Shown: one piece after another, positions 24,108 through 37,610 of the stretch
Position numbering within the stretch: the stretch's first letter is position 1
How the letters are laid out: every line of letters begins with the position of its first letter
Origin: Paraspadella gotoi
Taxonomy: Eukaryota > Animalia > Chaetognatha
DNA length: 64,000 bases
Direction of reading: 5' to 3'
Assembly (NCBI GenBank): GCA_051294375.1
Contig: CM119266.1
Span: 2,541,551-2,605,550, forward strand
Position numbers and translations under genes: made by a program
The notes under the pieces: model-generated
What the model saw: the letters and a program-made list of their open reading frames with translations, nothing else
Told to the model about the DNA's origin: nothing
The model's database searches: none

Positions 24108-24270
24108 CTTTCCCTCTCACTCCTTGGGCGAATATATATAGGCCATTAGACTAAATGGACATAATAGATCTTAGGGCGCAAAGATTTAGAGTTATAGACT
24201 CGATTACCATATCAATACTGAACAGAATAAGGGGCGAGAGGGAATATGAGAAAGGGAGAGAGAGAGAAAA

Positions 24271-24303
<33 letters not shown>

Positions 24304-24489
24304 GGGACGCAGGAGAAAAGAAGTTATCTTCTGGGTAGGGGTATGTCATATCGCACACCTTCCGGTATATCATATAGATATCATATAGATTTTCCAAACT
24401 GAAAACCTTTAGTTCAACTCCAAGAAACAAGCTTAAACTCTGAATACTCCGCCCCTCCAGCCCAACTACCATCAGCTCCCTTCGCGTCC

Positions 24490-25120
24490 AACATCTCTTT
24501 CACCATCTCTTTCACCATTTCCTTCATCATCTTTTTTACAATTTCGTTCCCCATCTCTTTCACCATCTCTTTCTCTATCTCTTTCACCATCTCTTTCCCA
24601 ACTCTTACTCCATCTTTTACAAAATTTCTTTCTCCATCTCTTTCTCCATCTCTTTCCCATCTCTTACTCCATATTTTTCTCCATCTCCTTCACCATCTTT
24701 TACACAATTCTTTCTCCATCTCTTTCTCCATCTCTTTTTCCATCTCTTCTCATTATCTTTCACAATCTCTTTCACCATCTCTTCTCCCTCTCTTTGTCCA
24801 TATCTTTCACCATCTCTTTCTCCATCTCCTTCATCATCTTTTTACAATTTCTTTCCCCATCTCTATCACCATCTATTTCTCCATCTCTTTCACATCTCTT
24901 TCCCCAACTCTTACTTCATCTTTTTCTCCATCTCCTTCACCATCTTTTACACAATTTCTTTCACCATCTCTTTCACCATTTCTATCTTCATCTCTTTCCC
25001 CATTCTCTTTCTCCGTCCCTTTCCCATCTCTTTCCCCATCTCTTTCCCCATCTTCTTTCACCATCTCTTTCCCCATCTCTTTCACCATCTCTTTCCCCAT
25101 CTCTCTCACCATCTCTTTCA
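24490..25120. repeat. 12-bp minisatellite (CCATCTCTTTCA/C)n; also at 21485-22440
   Basis: Direct periodicity; explains the spurious EMVKEMGK-type ORFs. Confidence 0.9.
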
Positions 25121-25376
25121 TTCCTAATTCAAGATAGAAAACTTCAATCAAAGATCCTGATTAGCAGCGCCCCCCCCTTTTCCACTCCCTTCCCCCCCCA
25201 AAAAAATAATTTTCCCAAAAACCATTAATCTTCATATTTTTTCGATTCCGCGTCGAAATTGGCGTCGGTTTCCTTGACGACGGCGTCTCAGATCTTTCTG
25301 TTTCAGGAAAAAGAAGCCGACGAGATCGAGTACGTTTGCAAAGGTGGCTTTTTTTATGATTGATTTATTGATTTAT

Positions 25377-25413
<37 letters not shown>

Positions 25414-26364
25414 TATTTATTTATTGATTTATTTATTGATTTATTTATTGATTTATTTATTGATTTATTGATTTATTTATTGATTTATTGATTTATTGAT
25501 TTATTTATTTATTTATTGATTTATTTATTGATTTTATTATTGATTTATTTTTTGATTTACTTATTGATTTATTGATTTATTGATTTATTGATTTATTTAT
25601 TTATTGTTGTCGTCGTCGCGTGCGAGAGCGTGAGACGAATAAAATGTTTATTTTTAGAAATTGTTATTGTTTCCAACTGCTTAATATTAATGATAGCTCC
25701 TTGTTACTGTTGATCAGGGTTGTGGAGCTGGCCATTTTTCTCCAGCTCCAGCTCCAACTCCAGCTCCGGCCCAAAAAAATTTCAGCTCCAGCTCCAACTC
25801 CGGCCTCCATCTTAAATTTTTTTCAGCTCCGACTCCAGCTCCAGCTCCACTAAAAATTTTGAGTCAGCTCCAGCTCCCGCTCCGGCTCCCAGCTCCGACC
25901 CTTTAAAGTTTAATGATTAATGTTGCTTATATTTAAATTAGTTCTAATTTTATTAATTTACTTATTTATAAACTTATTTATTTGCTTATATTTAAATAAA
26001 TAATAATTTAATTAATTCATGTATGAAATCATTTGATAATTCATTTATTAATAATAATTATGTATTTTTTAATATTTAATGTATGAGAACACGATTTGTA
26101 CTTAAATGTAGACAAAGGAATATAAGAGAGTAAGAGATAAACAACATTTACTCCCCACATAATTAATAGTTTATTTTACTTTATATAAAATAACATTTAT
26201 CTAAAATTTACTTTTACATTTAAAATATTTGATTATTTATTCAGGATTTTACTATCTAGTTTAAGGCTCAGTATTTCATGAGTTATGCTGCATTGAATTC
26301 TGTGTCATGTGATCACCTTTTAAGGGGATCATGAAAAGTAGGATACTTATGCACATTAAAGGTC

Positions 26365-26660
26365 TTTACCTTAACCTTACCTTACCATCTGACCCACCGA
26401 CCGACATAAAAGGTGGCTACAGTTAGAGGAAGGGGAAGGTCTCACTCCCAATGCCAAGGAACCAAGGACAAACTTTAGCCCGCCTTGTCTTAAGGCAAGA
26501 AGAGGGCAGCCGGCAAGACATATCAGGTCAGATGAAGTAGCCCAAGGCATTTTTTCCAAGAGGTCCATAAAGTCTGGGAACTCAAGATCCAAATGACCTA
26601 TGACATGCCAATGACCCGGTCACATCGTCACTGCTTTCCTTTGTCCAGAAGCGGGGGGCC
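26365..26660 (-). mobile_element. Probable SINE nested in the hAT element
   Basis: GC-richer ~300-bp block ending on minus in a (GGTAA)n-like tail; Pol III boxes are poorly conserved. Confidence 0.35.
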
Positions 26661-28681
26661 AGCTCTTTCTTCTCTTATTTTTTACTAACTCTCTTCTCTT
26701 TAATGTAGTTTATTGTTACTTTTACAATTTATTATTTAAAATGATAATGTTTGCAAACTTTAAATTGTTAATATATATTAACTTATCTCAAATATCTCTC
26801 TTTCTTTCTCCCTCACTCTTTAGTCTTTAACCTCCCACTGTCTTTTTCTTATTTTTTTTGGAAAACTCTCTCTCTCCCTCTTTCACTTTTCACACACGCA
26901 AACCTTATAAATTTGTCAAAAATTTTCACAAATGATTTATTAATTTTTGCGCTAATGAAGACTTACATCTAAAGTTTAAAAAATTTTCCTTTTTTCTCCT
27001 TTTCAAAATAAATTTGTTGCATAAACAAAACAAGAACGGTCTATCCAATGTTTTGCGCCACAGTGACACAGTTTTATGGTTGATCACTACTGTGCAAAGT
27101 TTCATTACAAACAACCAGACATTACAAGAAATATACTGAGTTCGGGGTTCCAGCCTACACTATATGATAGTATGTGTCAACTGACTACACAAGTAATGAA
27201 AACACATTTGCACAAGAAGCATTTAGTAATGACTTACCAGTCTGCCAAGTATTACCTAAAATAACTTTCTTAGCCCGTGTATTTATGGCATGCAATATAT
27301 TTATAGTATTATCTTTATAAAATAAGAAATTTTCAAAATAAATTTTCTTTAATTTTGATTGTTTCAGATTTTTCGTAAAAAATTAGACCAAAAATAAAAA
27401 ACGTTATCATAAATTTTTTGTATTCAGTGTCAAAATTAGAAAAAAAAGGTCAAAATTCTCAACTTTTTAACTCTCTGAAGTAGTAACTACAGTGTATCCC
27501 AATGGTACTGTCGGTTAACTTTTACATATTGTGCGGAACTTTGTTATTAAATGTTATTTCTGAGATAACCAATGTCAAAGATAAGTTCTTACCATTTATG
27601 ATACTATATTTCGAATTCAATTTTTATGAATTTTTCTTGCAGAACATTCAATTTAAATGAGTCATCATTTTCTCACTTTTTTAATTTTAGATAATTTTTT
27701 TACTTTAAAATAAATTTTATTAAAAAAATTCTTTAAAAAAATATTTTGAATAGATATAAATTATTTCAATTTTAATTTGTATAAATAAGTGCATTAATAA
27801 AAAGGAAATAAACAAATATTAAAAACAATATAAAAATTTATCAAAATATGTTAATTAATTTGATATTTAAATTTTATTATTTGAAGTTGTGAGCGATTGA
27901 ATCATTAAGCCAGAACAAAATGGTTGCTATTTATTCAATAAATTATTATTAAATCAATTAAAAAAGTAATATGAACAAGGTAAGTAGATAATTTTAAAAT
28001 AATGATTATTGCAAAGTTGTTTCTTACTGTCCTGCACCTAAAAAAAGATTTAAAACATTATTTAATCAATATTATAAAAAAATATTTGATAAATAATAAA
28101 AAATATATAATTTAAATTTTTTTTTAAAATCGCTGGAAAAATATTTTTACCAATTGCTTTATGTAATAACTACAGGAGTTTGCTTTGTTCAATTTTTAAA
28201 ATTTTGGTGTCCTATAAAATGGTCCATACTAAGCCAATGGATTTGGCTGAACGATTATGGACGTGAGACGGTTGTGAATATACCGCCACAGGATCCCCGG
28301 CCAAAGCATCACTCAGGTTCCTCAAAGCCTGAGAGGTGTCTGACAAGACTGTTACCATAGCCGGAGAGAGTGATAGAGCACGAGTTGTGGGGCATAGGAG
28401 TTTGTTGTAGCGTACCCCAGGGGCATAGGGTTTGTCGTAATGTACCCAAAGTCAGCAGGGCATAGGCGTTTAAATAAACCAAACCAAACATAGTAAATAC
28501 TGACATACTAACACACTAACATAAAATGACATATGAATCTAAAGGACAAATGATTTAAAAAATGATAAAGTATGAATTTGATATAATTGACTTGGGTAAG
28601 TTGACTAACGTAAAAAAAACATAAATAACCAATTCTGGTGGTCCTATCACCACAGATGGATTAAAGCTGTTTCTTTCGCAG

Positions 28682-28932
28682 CGCCTCAGTGGCTCAGTGG
28701 ACTAATGCAACATTCCCAATGTGCGTCCCTGGTTCGAGCCCTGAGGTTGTCATGTACAAAAGTTGCGATGGACCGGGTAACCCGCCTGTAGGAATGGGCC
28801 TACTGCCAGATCCAAAGCTCTGGACTACATGAACATGCTGTTTCGCTGTCGCCACGATGGTGACACCGCTGCGGGTGTGGCGCCCTGTAAAACCAGCCTC
28901 TTCACAATCACCAATGACCAATAACCATGACC
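28682..28932 (+). mobile_element. tRNA-derived SINE nested in the hAT element
   Basis: A box TGGCTCAGTGG (~28690), B box GGTTCGAGCC (28731-28740), ~170-bp body and a short (ACCAAT)-like repeat tail. Confidence 0.7.
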
Positions 28933-29814
28933 TAAATTTGACGTAAAGTTTAGTAAACTGAAACTGTCATGAATTTAAAGTAAACTAAAAGTGAAGCGAA
29001 TATATTATAAAATAAACTAAAAGGTGTAATAAATAAATGGCATAAATACGTAATTTAATTTAGATAAATACCCTAAAATGATGCACTTGTCTTAAAATAC
29101 GTTAATGTTAAATGTATTTTACGTATACTTATTTAATATAATTGTAAATGTGTCACTATGAAACAATTAAAAAAAAAAGTTTAATTTTAAAGGAAAAAAT
29201 ATTTTACTAAGTCATGGCTTAACATTTAGATTTTGCAAATGATAATTTGGATTTTGATTTCAAATCTATACTGAACAAACAAGAGACAACGTTTTAATCA
29301 TGCTGAAAAAAATTAATATTATTTTTCATTTTTATAAATTTTATTATTTCCAAAAAATTTTCTTGGAGCTGGAGTTGGAAACTTTTTTTTGCCCGCTCCG
29401 ACTCCAGCTCCAGCTCCGGCCAAGATAAAAATCTCAGCTCCAGCTCCAGCTCCCGCTCCGGTAGGAAAATAAGTTTCAGCTCCAGCTCCAGCTCCAGCTC
29501 CGGCCAAATATGCCAGCTCCGGCAGCTCCGACTCCAGCTCCAGCTCCAGCTCCACATCCCTGCTGTTGATCGATGTAAACTGAATTCCTTTTTGTCGCTT
29601 TGTGAAATCTGGGAATCGAAAAGAATAAAAATAAAAGTTGAATAAGATTGACAAATAATTGATAAGAGATTTAATCTCTCTGTCTCTGTCTCTCTCTCTC
29701 TCTTCTGTCTGTCTCTCTCTCTGTCTGTCTCTACTTCAAATCGGATTTTCTCTACTCATCCTTTCCCTTTCATTTTGGGTCAAGGGCCAAAGGCGAACTG
29801 ATTGGAGAAAAGGC

Positions 29815-30035
29815 AACGGCGAACGGCGAACGGCGAAACGGCGAACGGCGAACGGCGAGGGGCGAAAGGCGAACGGCGAACGGCGAGGGGCGAACGGCGA
29901 GGGGCGAGGGGCGAACGGCAAACGGCAAATGGCGAGAGGCGAGGGGCGAATGGCGAATGGCGAATGGCAAACGGCAAACGGCAAACGGCAAACGGCGAAC
30001 GGCGAACGGCGAACGGCGAATGGCGAGGGGCGAGG
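29815..30035. repeat. 7-bp (GGCGAAC)n microsatellite; also at 23385-23630
   Basis: Direct periodicity; source of the RRTANGE and SPFAVRR ORFs. Confidence 0.9.
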
Positions 30036-30943
30036 GACGAAAGACGAATGGGGAAAATTGAAGGAATTAGTGGAGGGCAAACATTTACGGGTGACAATGA
30101 AGAAAAGTATGAAAGGGAGAATATAACAATAGATGTAATATTAACATAATTATTGAATATAGAGGAATGACAAGTATTTGGTGACAACAACAACGACAAC
30201 AATAACAACAACCTTCATGACTCTTGAACTTACCTAAATCGTGACCTTCGACTTAAGGACAAAAGTTAACCGACCACTAGATTCGTTTTTTTTAAAAAAT
30301 GATTGTTTTCGTAGTGATACAAATTTATTAAACTACAAAATTCTCGCTTATTTGAGACAAAGAGGTTTCTCTCAAGAGTCTAACGACGAAGATAAAAGGC
30401 GAAATCAAGAAGTCTAAGCGAACGACGAAGACGAAAGGCGAAGTCGAAAAGCGAAAGTCGAATTGGAATTGAGGTCTCGAGTTCACTTGGGGTCCTCAAT
30501 CCTCATGCTTCCTCGATTTCCCTGAAGACAGATTCCTTGGTCGACATCGGCAAGCAATGTCAGTTGCAATCAAAACGAAATCGCAGGGACAAGCATGAAC
30601 AAGCAATCGTATCTGAAAAGAAATTTTCCTTACTTGTCGATTCGACCTTGAACACGATTGACCTCACTTGATTTCACGTCACTTCACATCACAAAAAATC
30701 ATTACAAATCCCTTCATTTATGTTTGCGTTAAGTCAGTTTTATTTCCTTTGGGTGGATTCCCATGTCATTTCGCAATTAGAGAAAAAAAAGATAAAAATA
30801 AAATATATTCCATGGAGATGGACAAGATATAAGTAGTAATACAATTTTTCAATGCTTGTCATTCTTCCCGTGAGCTCAATTCATTATTATCGTTTACATA
30901 ATTCACTAAACATCATCTTTATCCTTTTGTTTATCGACAAAAC

Positions 30944-31058
30944 CATCTGTATCCTTAACTGACATCATCTGTATTCCTAACTGACATCATCTGTATCCTT
31001 AACAACATCTGTATCCTTAACGACATCATCTGTATCCTTAACTGACATCATCTGTATC
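30944..31058. repeat. ~22-bp tandem repeat (ACATCATCTGTATCCTTAACTG), about 5-6 copies
   Basis: Direct periodicity. Confidence 0.85.
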
Positions 31059-31297
31059 CCTCAATCATTCGCTCCAAATCTCACATCCTCCATGAACTCT
31101 ATGCACAACATAACTCCTCACCTGACGATTCTCTCTCTCTCTCTCTCTCTCTCCCTCTCTCTCTTCAATTCCACGCCCGAACGGATTTTCCATAAAATCC
31201 TTGCTCTTTTCTTACCCTGAAGTTTGGCCTCAATAACGACAATATGATTTGGATTAATTTTTTTTTCCTCTCTCTCCTCTCTCTCTCTCTCATCTCT

Positions 31298-31348
<51 letters not shown>

Positions 31349-31419
31349 AATAAGTCTCTCTATTACAAAGTTCCTAATCACTTGAATCAATGATCAACCT
31401 CAGCCAAATACATCTTTTT

Positions 31420-31757
31420 ATCAGCCAATCATCGTTGTTCGTCGATTAAAAATGAACCAATCAGGACGCGACATTTTTTGTCTCTTCGAAAAAAAAAAAA
31501 GCTTTAATCCCATTTTTGTTCTTTCCTTCAGCAAAGATTCGAATTCCGGTCAACTGCTTTATTTACCTCAGTTTGTGTCTCCGTCTCTGTCGTCGTCGTC
31601 TCCGTCTCTATCATCCGTCTCCGCAACCCCATCCCCATCACCCCAAAACTCTTGGACGAGGCGCCACAGGTAAAACCCGGCGTCGCGTGTTTCGCTCTGG
31701 AGACCCGAGACTGAATCTTCGAAAACTGGTTTCTCGTTCGGGAGACGAGGAGAGAAA

Positions 31758-31791
<34 letters not shown>

Positions 31792-31802
31792 TGCCAAGCG
31801 AC
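31420..31802. promoter_or_regulatory. CpG-rich promoter-like region with two CCAAT boxes and an RFX X-box-like motif, ~1.5 kb upstream of the kinesin ATG
   Basis: AGCCAATCA (~31423), AACCAATCAG (~31455) and GTTGCCAAGCGAC (31790-31802). Confidence 0.35.
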
Positions 31803-32816
31803 GGGGAAACGAACGAATCCAAATATGGAATCGGGGAAGGAAGGAATTCTCTGGAGTCTGGACGATCGATTCCATTGAGAAAAAAAAGGAAAATAGGAAC
31901 AAAAAAATTAAAATAGATAAAAATACTATAAAACACCTGCTTTAATGGATTACATTAATTTATACTTTCAAAAAAGAAATATATATTTGTTTTGAATATT
32001 GAATTTCGCGCGAACTCAGATTTTTTTCATTGAAAAGCGAAAATACGTAAGAGAAAAATCAAAAGCGGTCGAAATGTAAAGTGAGAAAAACCACAAAAAA
32101 GGAATAATAAAAAGAAAAGAAAAGAAAAGAAAAGAAAAGAAAGGAAATCTTAAACGCAAATCGTCAAATTCTTCCTGAGGGAAAAAATTCCAGGAAAGCG
32201 AAAAAGGTGAAAATGGTGGGAGAGGGACGTAGGGTTCATTTTAGGGTTCATTTTAGGGTTCATTTTAGGGTTCATTTTTTAAGTTTATTTCTTGGTTCAC
32301 TTTTGGGTTCATTTTTGGGTTGAACAAAGACGGTGTGACTGTATTTTACATTGAGAGAATATGTCAGTCGATTAACAGTTTTTATGAATGGTGTTCCTGT
32401 ATTTCAATCGTTTTGGTATCGTTTATTAAAGATTTGTTTTTATAAACGTTGGTAATTATTCTCACGAATCGTCATCATTTAAACATTCTCCGTAGTGATC
32501 ATTCTCAAGAAATACACTCACTTAAATCTTTTTCGTGGTGAATGATTTCTCACGACGCTCCGTGAGTTTGTTTACGACGTAAACAAAATAAATCACAGAC
32601 TCACAGACGGAAAGTGAAAGGGACATGAAAAGTCAATGAGCGAGAGGGAGGTAAAGAAAGGGAATTAAAAATATAAAAAGAGAGAGACAGAGAGGAATAG
32701 GAAAAGGTGGGTTAAAGATCGGAAGAGTGCGAGAGCGAGATAAAAGAGAAATGGAAGGAAAATAAGGAATTGGATCTGACAGACAAGTCAAAATCCATAA
32801 AAGAATAACTCCTTGA

Positions 32817-32940
<124 letters not shown>

Positions 32941-33278
32941 TTAAAGAAATAATATGGCGGGAAGTGGAAAGAGATCAAAAGATCAGAAGAGAAGAAAAAC
33001 AGCAAAGGAAATCGATGAAAACAAAACAACAAAAACAAAAAAAAACAAACAAGAAACCAAATAAAACGATAATAAAAAAGAAATAAAAAATTTCCGGTCA
33101 AAGGAATAAAGAAAAAAAAAACAGAAAAAAAAAACCATAGAAAAAAAAGGGGGAAACAAACAAAAAAAAAACCTAAAAAGCCTTTCATTTCCGCAGTTTC
33201 GGTTTTCATTGGAACCAAAGTCAACACCCGTCAACGACAACAACAACAACAACTCCAGCAACAACAACGACAACGACA

Positions 33279-33422
33279 ATGTCGAGCGACGGAGCGAACA
33301 ACATCAAAGTGGCCGTGAGGGTTCGTCCCTTTAACGGGAGAGAGAGAGAGAGAAAGGCGAGACTCTGCATCTCGATGAACGGAAACTCAACGGAGATCAA
33401 AGACTGCAACGCTCCCAACGAA
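33279..33422 (+). CDS. KIF28: Kinesin-3 (KIF28/KLP-6-like) motor, exon 1
   Basis: MSSDGANNIKVAVRVRPFNGRE... kinesin N-terminal motif; phase-0 donor GTGAGT at 33423. Confidence 0.85.
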
Positions 33423-34686
33423 GTGAGTTCGATTCGGCGGAGGGTGAGGTGGAAAGGGGGAAAGTCAGTTCAGCGGTGAGTGGCAGCCGTTTACCGATGG
33501 GGCAGGAGTTGGGGAAGGGGTATGAGGAGGTAAGTTCGATTGGAGGGAGGGGGAAAGTGGAGTCACAAGGTGGCGTGTGGCCAGAAAAGAGATAATGATC
33601 GATCACTAACCGTGAGAAATCACATCAAATCAGCTGATGACTTTCGTTCCCACGACTAATGGTCCATTCTTCTCACCAAAGTCGGTAAATGTACTCAACT
33701 TGTGTTTTCTCTTCTCAACCCACTCCTTCTCTATCTGCCTCTCGCTCCCTCTCTCTCACTCTTTCTCTCTCTATCTGTCTCTCGCTCCCTCTCTCTCACT
33801 CTTTCTCTCTCTCTCTGTCTCTCGGGGTCCTCCATGATTTCAAAAAAACATCCGTCACTTTCTTATCTTCTCCTTTTTCTCGATTCAAAACTCGAATCTT
33901 GGGAAAAATATTTTGCGGTTGAATCAATAATTCTTGAATTATAACTTATAACGACCCAAATAAAAGAAAGAAGCCTCAACAAGAATTCAATCCAGTCGCG
34001 GCACGCCCATTCTCATAAGAGAAAGAACAAACGAATTTCGGTCATATTTTCCTAAAACGCCGTTTCTGTTCATATTCCCTAAACTTTAAATTTAATTTTA
34101 ACCAAAATGTTCAACCCTGATCTTTTACAAAATACCTAACACAATCATTAACTTTTTCTCTAATCCAAGTCCCTAATCTTATTCCCTGACCCTAATCCAG
34201 AATATAAATCTCTTTCCCTAATCTCAAAACTAATCTCTCACCCTAATCTCTCACCTCGCCCTTATCCTAAAGTTAAAAACTTATTTTATTTTGAATTAAG
34301 GCCGAAATGTTACACTTTCGAAAAATATTTCTCTTTATAACTTTTTGAATGTATTATTTACAGACAAATAGACATACAAACAGACAGAGAGAAAAGCATC
34401 TAATATATTCTCGCCGAGTACCGACTTCAAAACATTTTGAACGAATGAAAAATCGTTTTGAATCCGTTTTCTGGTATCTGGTACGAAGGGAAAAAATACT
34501 TGGGTTCAACTTCAATGCAAAAATAAAAATAAAATCATTTATCTTGAAGATTTTGTTTACTGGGTGCTCGAAAAATATATGATTCTTTCTATCGCGTGGG
34601 TAAATAAATAGTAATTCGTGGGAAAAAAATTCTCTCTTTTTCTCCAATTTTCAATGAAACCAAATTGCAAACTAGGACCAACCATC

Positions 34687-34900
34687 TGTGGATAAGATGC
34701 TCAGTGAGCTGCAGTGCTATCCGCAACTTCAAGCAGACTTGAAACAGTTCGTGGGCTTGGAACCAGGCTTGAAGGTTTTCCACGCCCCCAAGGCTGTTTA
34801 CGGCCTTCCTCACGCCTCCCGCAGGGTAGGTACCGTTGGGGACCGTTGGGGAGCTATCCCGGTCCCTGAGGGTAATGAGTAGATGGTAATACCCAATGAG
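34687..34900 (-). mobile_element. Diverged solo LTR of the TRIM family
   Basis: TGTGGATAAG...GGGCTTGGAACCAGGCTTGA..CACGCCCCCAAGGC matches the 16021-16302 LTR. Confidence 0.6.
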
Positions 34901-35013
34901 CCAATGCCAATGGTTATGGGCGAAGTGAAATTATCGCAATGCCCTCCAGCTACCACCATCTTGAAAAACTCCACCAACGACTCGGACGCCAATGACGAAT
35001 ACAACGACGACCA

Positions 35014-35046
<33 letters not shown>

Positions 35047-35299
35047 CGTTAAAAAAGGGCGAACCCGACCGCGAATCGACCTCTTGAGCCCAAAACAAAC
35101 TTTGTTCTCTTTTTAAATGAGAAAACTATTTCTGGATTTTTTGTTTACACAAGCTCGGGGTGAATTTGTAGGACAGCGCAAAAAAACGTTTATTTTAGTA
35201 GGGATTAACATTATTGTCAATGTGCTTGTGACTATTTCTTGGTCCCAATTTTCTCGCAACCACTCATCAATTTCCTTCTTCTTTGCCTCCAAACGTGCG

Positions 35300-36095
35300 C
35301 CTGTCCTTCTCATGTCTTTTTCTTGTCCTTCTCATGTCCTTCTCATGTCTTTTTCTTGTCCTTGTCCTTCAATGTCCTTCTCATGTCTTCTCATGTCCTT
35401 TTCTTTGTCCTTCTCATGTCCTTCTCATGTCTCTTTCTCATGTCCTTCTCATGTCCTTCTCATGTCCTTCTCATGTCCTTCTCATGTCTTCTTCTCATGT
35501 CTTCTCATGTCCTTTTCTTGTCCTTCTCATGTCCTTCTCATGTCATTCTCATGTCTTTTTTCTTGTCCTTCTCATGTCCTTCTCATGTCCTTCTCATGTC
35601 CTTTTCTTGTCCTTCTCATGTCCTTCTCATGTCCTTCTCATGTCCTTTTCTTGTTCTTCTCATGTCCTTCTCATGTCCTTCTCATGTCCTTCTCATGTCC
35701 TTCTCATGTCATTCTCATGTCCTTCTCATGTCCTTTTTCTTGTTCTTCTCATGTCCTTCTCATGTCCTTCTCATGTCCTTTCTCATGTCATTCTCATGTC
35801 CTTTTCTTGTCTTCTCATGTCTTCTATGTCATCTTGTCCTTCTCATGTCCTTTTCTTGTCCTTCTCATGTTCCTTTTTCGCCCTTTTCTCATGTCCTTCT
35901 CATGTCCTTTTCCTTGTCCTTCTCATGTCCTTCTCATGTCCTTTCTCATGTCCTTCTCATGTCCTTTTCTTGTCCTCTCATGTCCTTCTCATGTCCTTCT
36001 CATGTCATTCTCATGTCTTTTCTTGTCCTTCTATTTATCCTATGTCCTTCTCATGTCCTTCTCATGTCCTTCTCATGTCCTTTTCTTGTCCTCGT
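35300..36095. repeat. 11-bp minisatellite (CATGTCCTTCT)n
   Basis: Direct periodicity. The unit has no stop codon on +, which produces three spurious >300-aa ORFs. Confidence 0.92.
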
Positions 36096-36197
36096 CTCTT
36101 CCTCTTGTCCTTCCTTAAGCCCTTCCGTTATCTCCGCTCGGCCTCTGACCTTCGAGAGAAGAAAGAAATAATTCAACTCGTCTTTCCTCTTCTTCAG

Positions 36198-36482
36198 ATT
36201 TTCTTTATCTTTTCCATCTCCCACCATCTCTCCTCTCTTTATACCTTCTAATAATATTTTTCTATATCTTTTCCATCTCCTACCATCTCTCCTCTCTTTA
36301 TACCTTCTAATAATATCTTTTCTTTATCTTTTCCATCTCTTACCATCTCTCCTCTCTTTATACCTTCTAATAATATCCTTTCCTTATCTTTTCCATCTTC
36401 CACCATCTCTCCTCTCTTTATACCTTCTAATAATATCCTTTCTTTATCTTTTCCTACCACCTCCCTTTTCTTTATACCTTCA
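36198..36482. repeat. ~60-bp tandem repeat, ~4.7 copies
   Basis: TTTATCTTTTCCATCT..ACCATCTCTCCTCTCTTTATACCTTCTAATAATAT repeated with a period of ~60. Confidence 0.9.
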
Positions 36483-36866
36483 ACCGATAATTTTTCTCTT
36501 CTCTCTTTGTCCGTCTTTCTCTTCTCTTCTTGCTCTTTTTTTACTATCTTCTTTTTTCATTCCTATCTAATTGACTATCTTCTGTCCTCTTATTCCTTCT
36601 AACCTCGCTCATCCTTTCCCCCCCTTTTATTCCTTCCTTCCTTTCCTTTCTCTCCTTTCCCCCTTTACTCTCTCCTTTCCTTCCTCCCTTCTCTCTTCCT
36701 TTCTTCCTCCCTTTCCTCTTTCCTTCATGTTTCTCCGCTTTTTCATATCACTTCGATTTGTCGCCAAGTGCTAGCGGTATTACGACGACGACGACGACGA
36801 CGACGATTGTTTCAACAAAGAAGAAAACCGGAAATTGTTTTTTGGTCGAAGTTGGACTCTTTGTCT

Positions 36867-36928
<62 letters not shown>

Positions 36929-37610
36929 GTGAGAGAATTTATTGACCCTGACAAAAATGATTTAGCGTCGATTCTCTTTTTCCCTTTTTTCTCACGAAGA
37001 CAAAAAAGGAGGGAAAATCTCGTTGGCCATAAATCCTTTCGGGGTGCTGAGGGAAAATGCAGGGCCGGCAGCGGCGCTGAGGGAGTATTCACTATGCAGG
37101 GCCGTTGGCGGTGCTGAGGGGGAATACAGGGTCGGCTCGACAATCTTTCTCTCTCTTTTTCGGCTCATTATGTTCAATAATTCTATTCACTCTTCAGTAT
37201 TTAATGAATAGTATTTATTGCCTGGTTAGTGGTTAATGTTTAATAGTCTATATATAATTTTATATATAAATGAACAAATCAACTCCAGATAATATTATTG
37301 TTACTATAATTGTTACCTCTTCTTATCTATGTCTCTGTTATCGAAAACTCCTCTCGGACTTTGATCGGCCTCCATTGATTTGATACATTTTTCGTGCGAG
37401 ACACAAAATTTCGAAAAATCACTTTAAAATCCGTTCGACGTAAATTTTAATACAATGCCGTTCTTTCTCCTGGTCAGTATTTAAAAAAAACAACATTTAA
37501 TAATCCCACTGATTAATCATTCTTCAGTGTTAAATATTTTACGATATTTAGGAATGGTCTGTCTGTCAATTATGCTAGTTCTCTATTTCTCGTACTAATT
37601 TTCTGGTACT

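Larger units (their letters stand above)
25715..29562. mobile_element. Non-autonomous hAT-superfamily DNA transposon (3.85 kb)
   Basis: 17-bp TIRs CAGGG(T/A)TGTGGAGCTGG, 8-bp TSD CTGTTGAT (25707-25714, 29563-29570) and subterminal (GCTCCA)n arrays. The empty site with a single CTGTTGAT is at 23127-23134. No transposase ORF. Confidence 0.9.
21092..30370. repeat. Tandem segmental duplication (copy 1 ~21092-23960, copy 2 ~24103-30370); possibly two haplotypes scaffolded in series
   Basis: The same ordered blocks occur twice: TTACACTTTCCCTCTCACTCC start, (CCATCTCTTTCA)n minisatellite, (ATTG/ATTT)n, (GGCGAAC)n and an ACAAAGAGGTTTCT end. Copy 1 is gap-bounded and copy 2 carries the hAT insertion. 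Confidence 0.85.

Noticed and set aside
32230-32322. (TAGGGTTCATTT)n and CCCTAA-rich patches (~34150-34270, ~62770-62915) as interstitial telomere
   Set aside because: These are 12-bp or irregular units, not (TTAGGG)n arrays.
35117-36251. Three overlapping 310-333 aa ORFs (SCPSHVLLM repeats)
   Set aside because: They are translations of an 11-bp minisatellite that has no stop codon on the plus strand.
36198-36482. Regularly spaced repeats as a possible CRISPR array (also 30944-31058 and 3800-4190)
   Set aside because: Head-to-tail tandem units without unique spacers, no cas genes, and a eukaryotic context.
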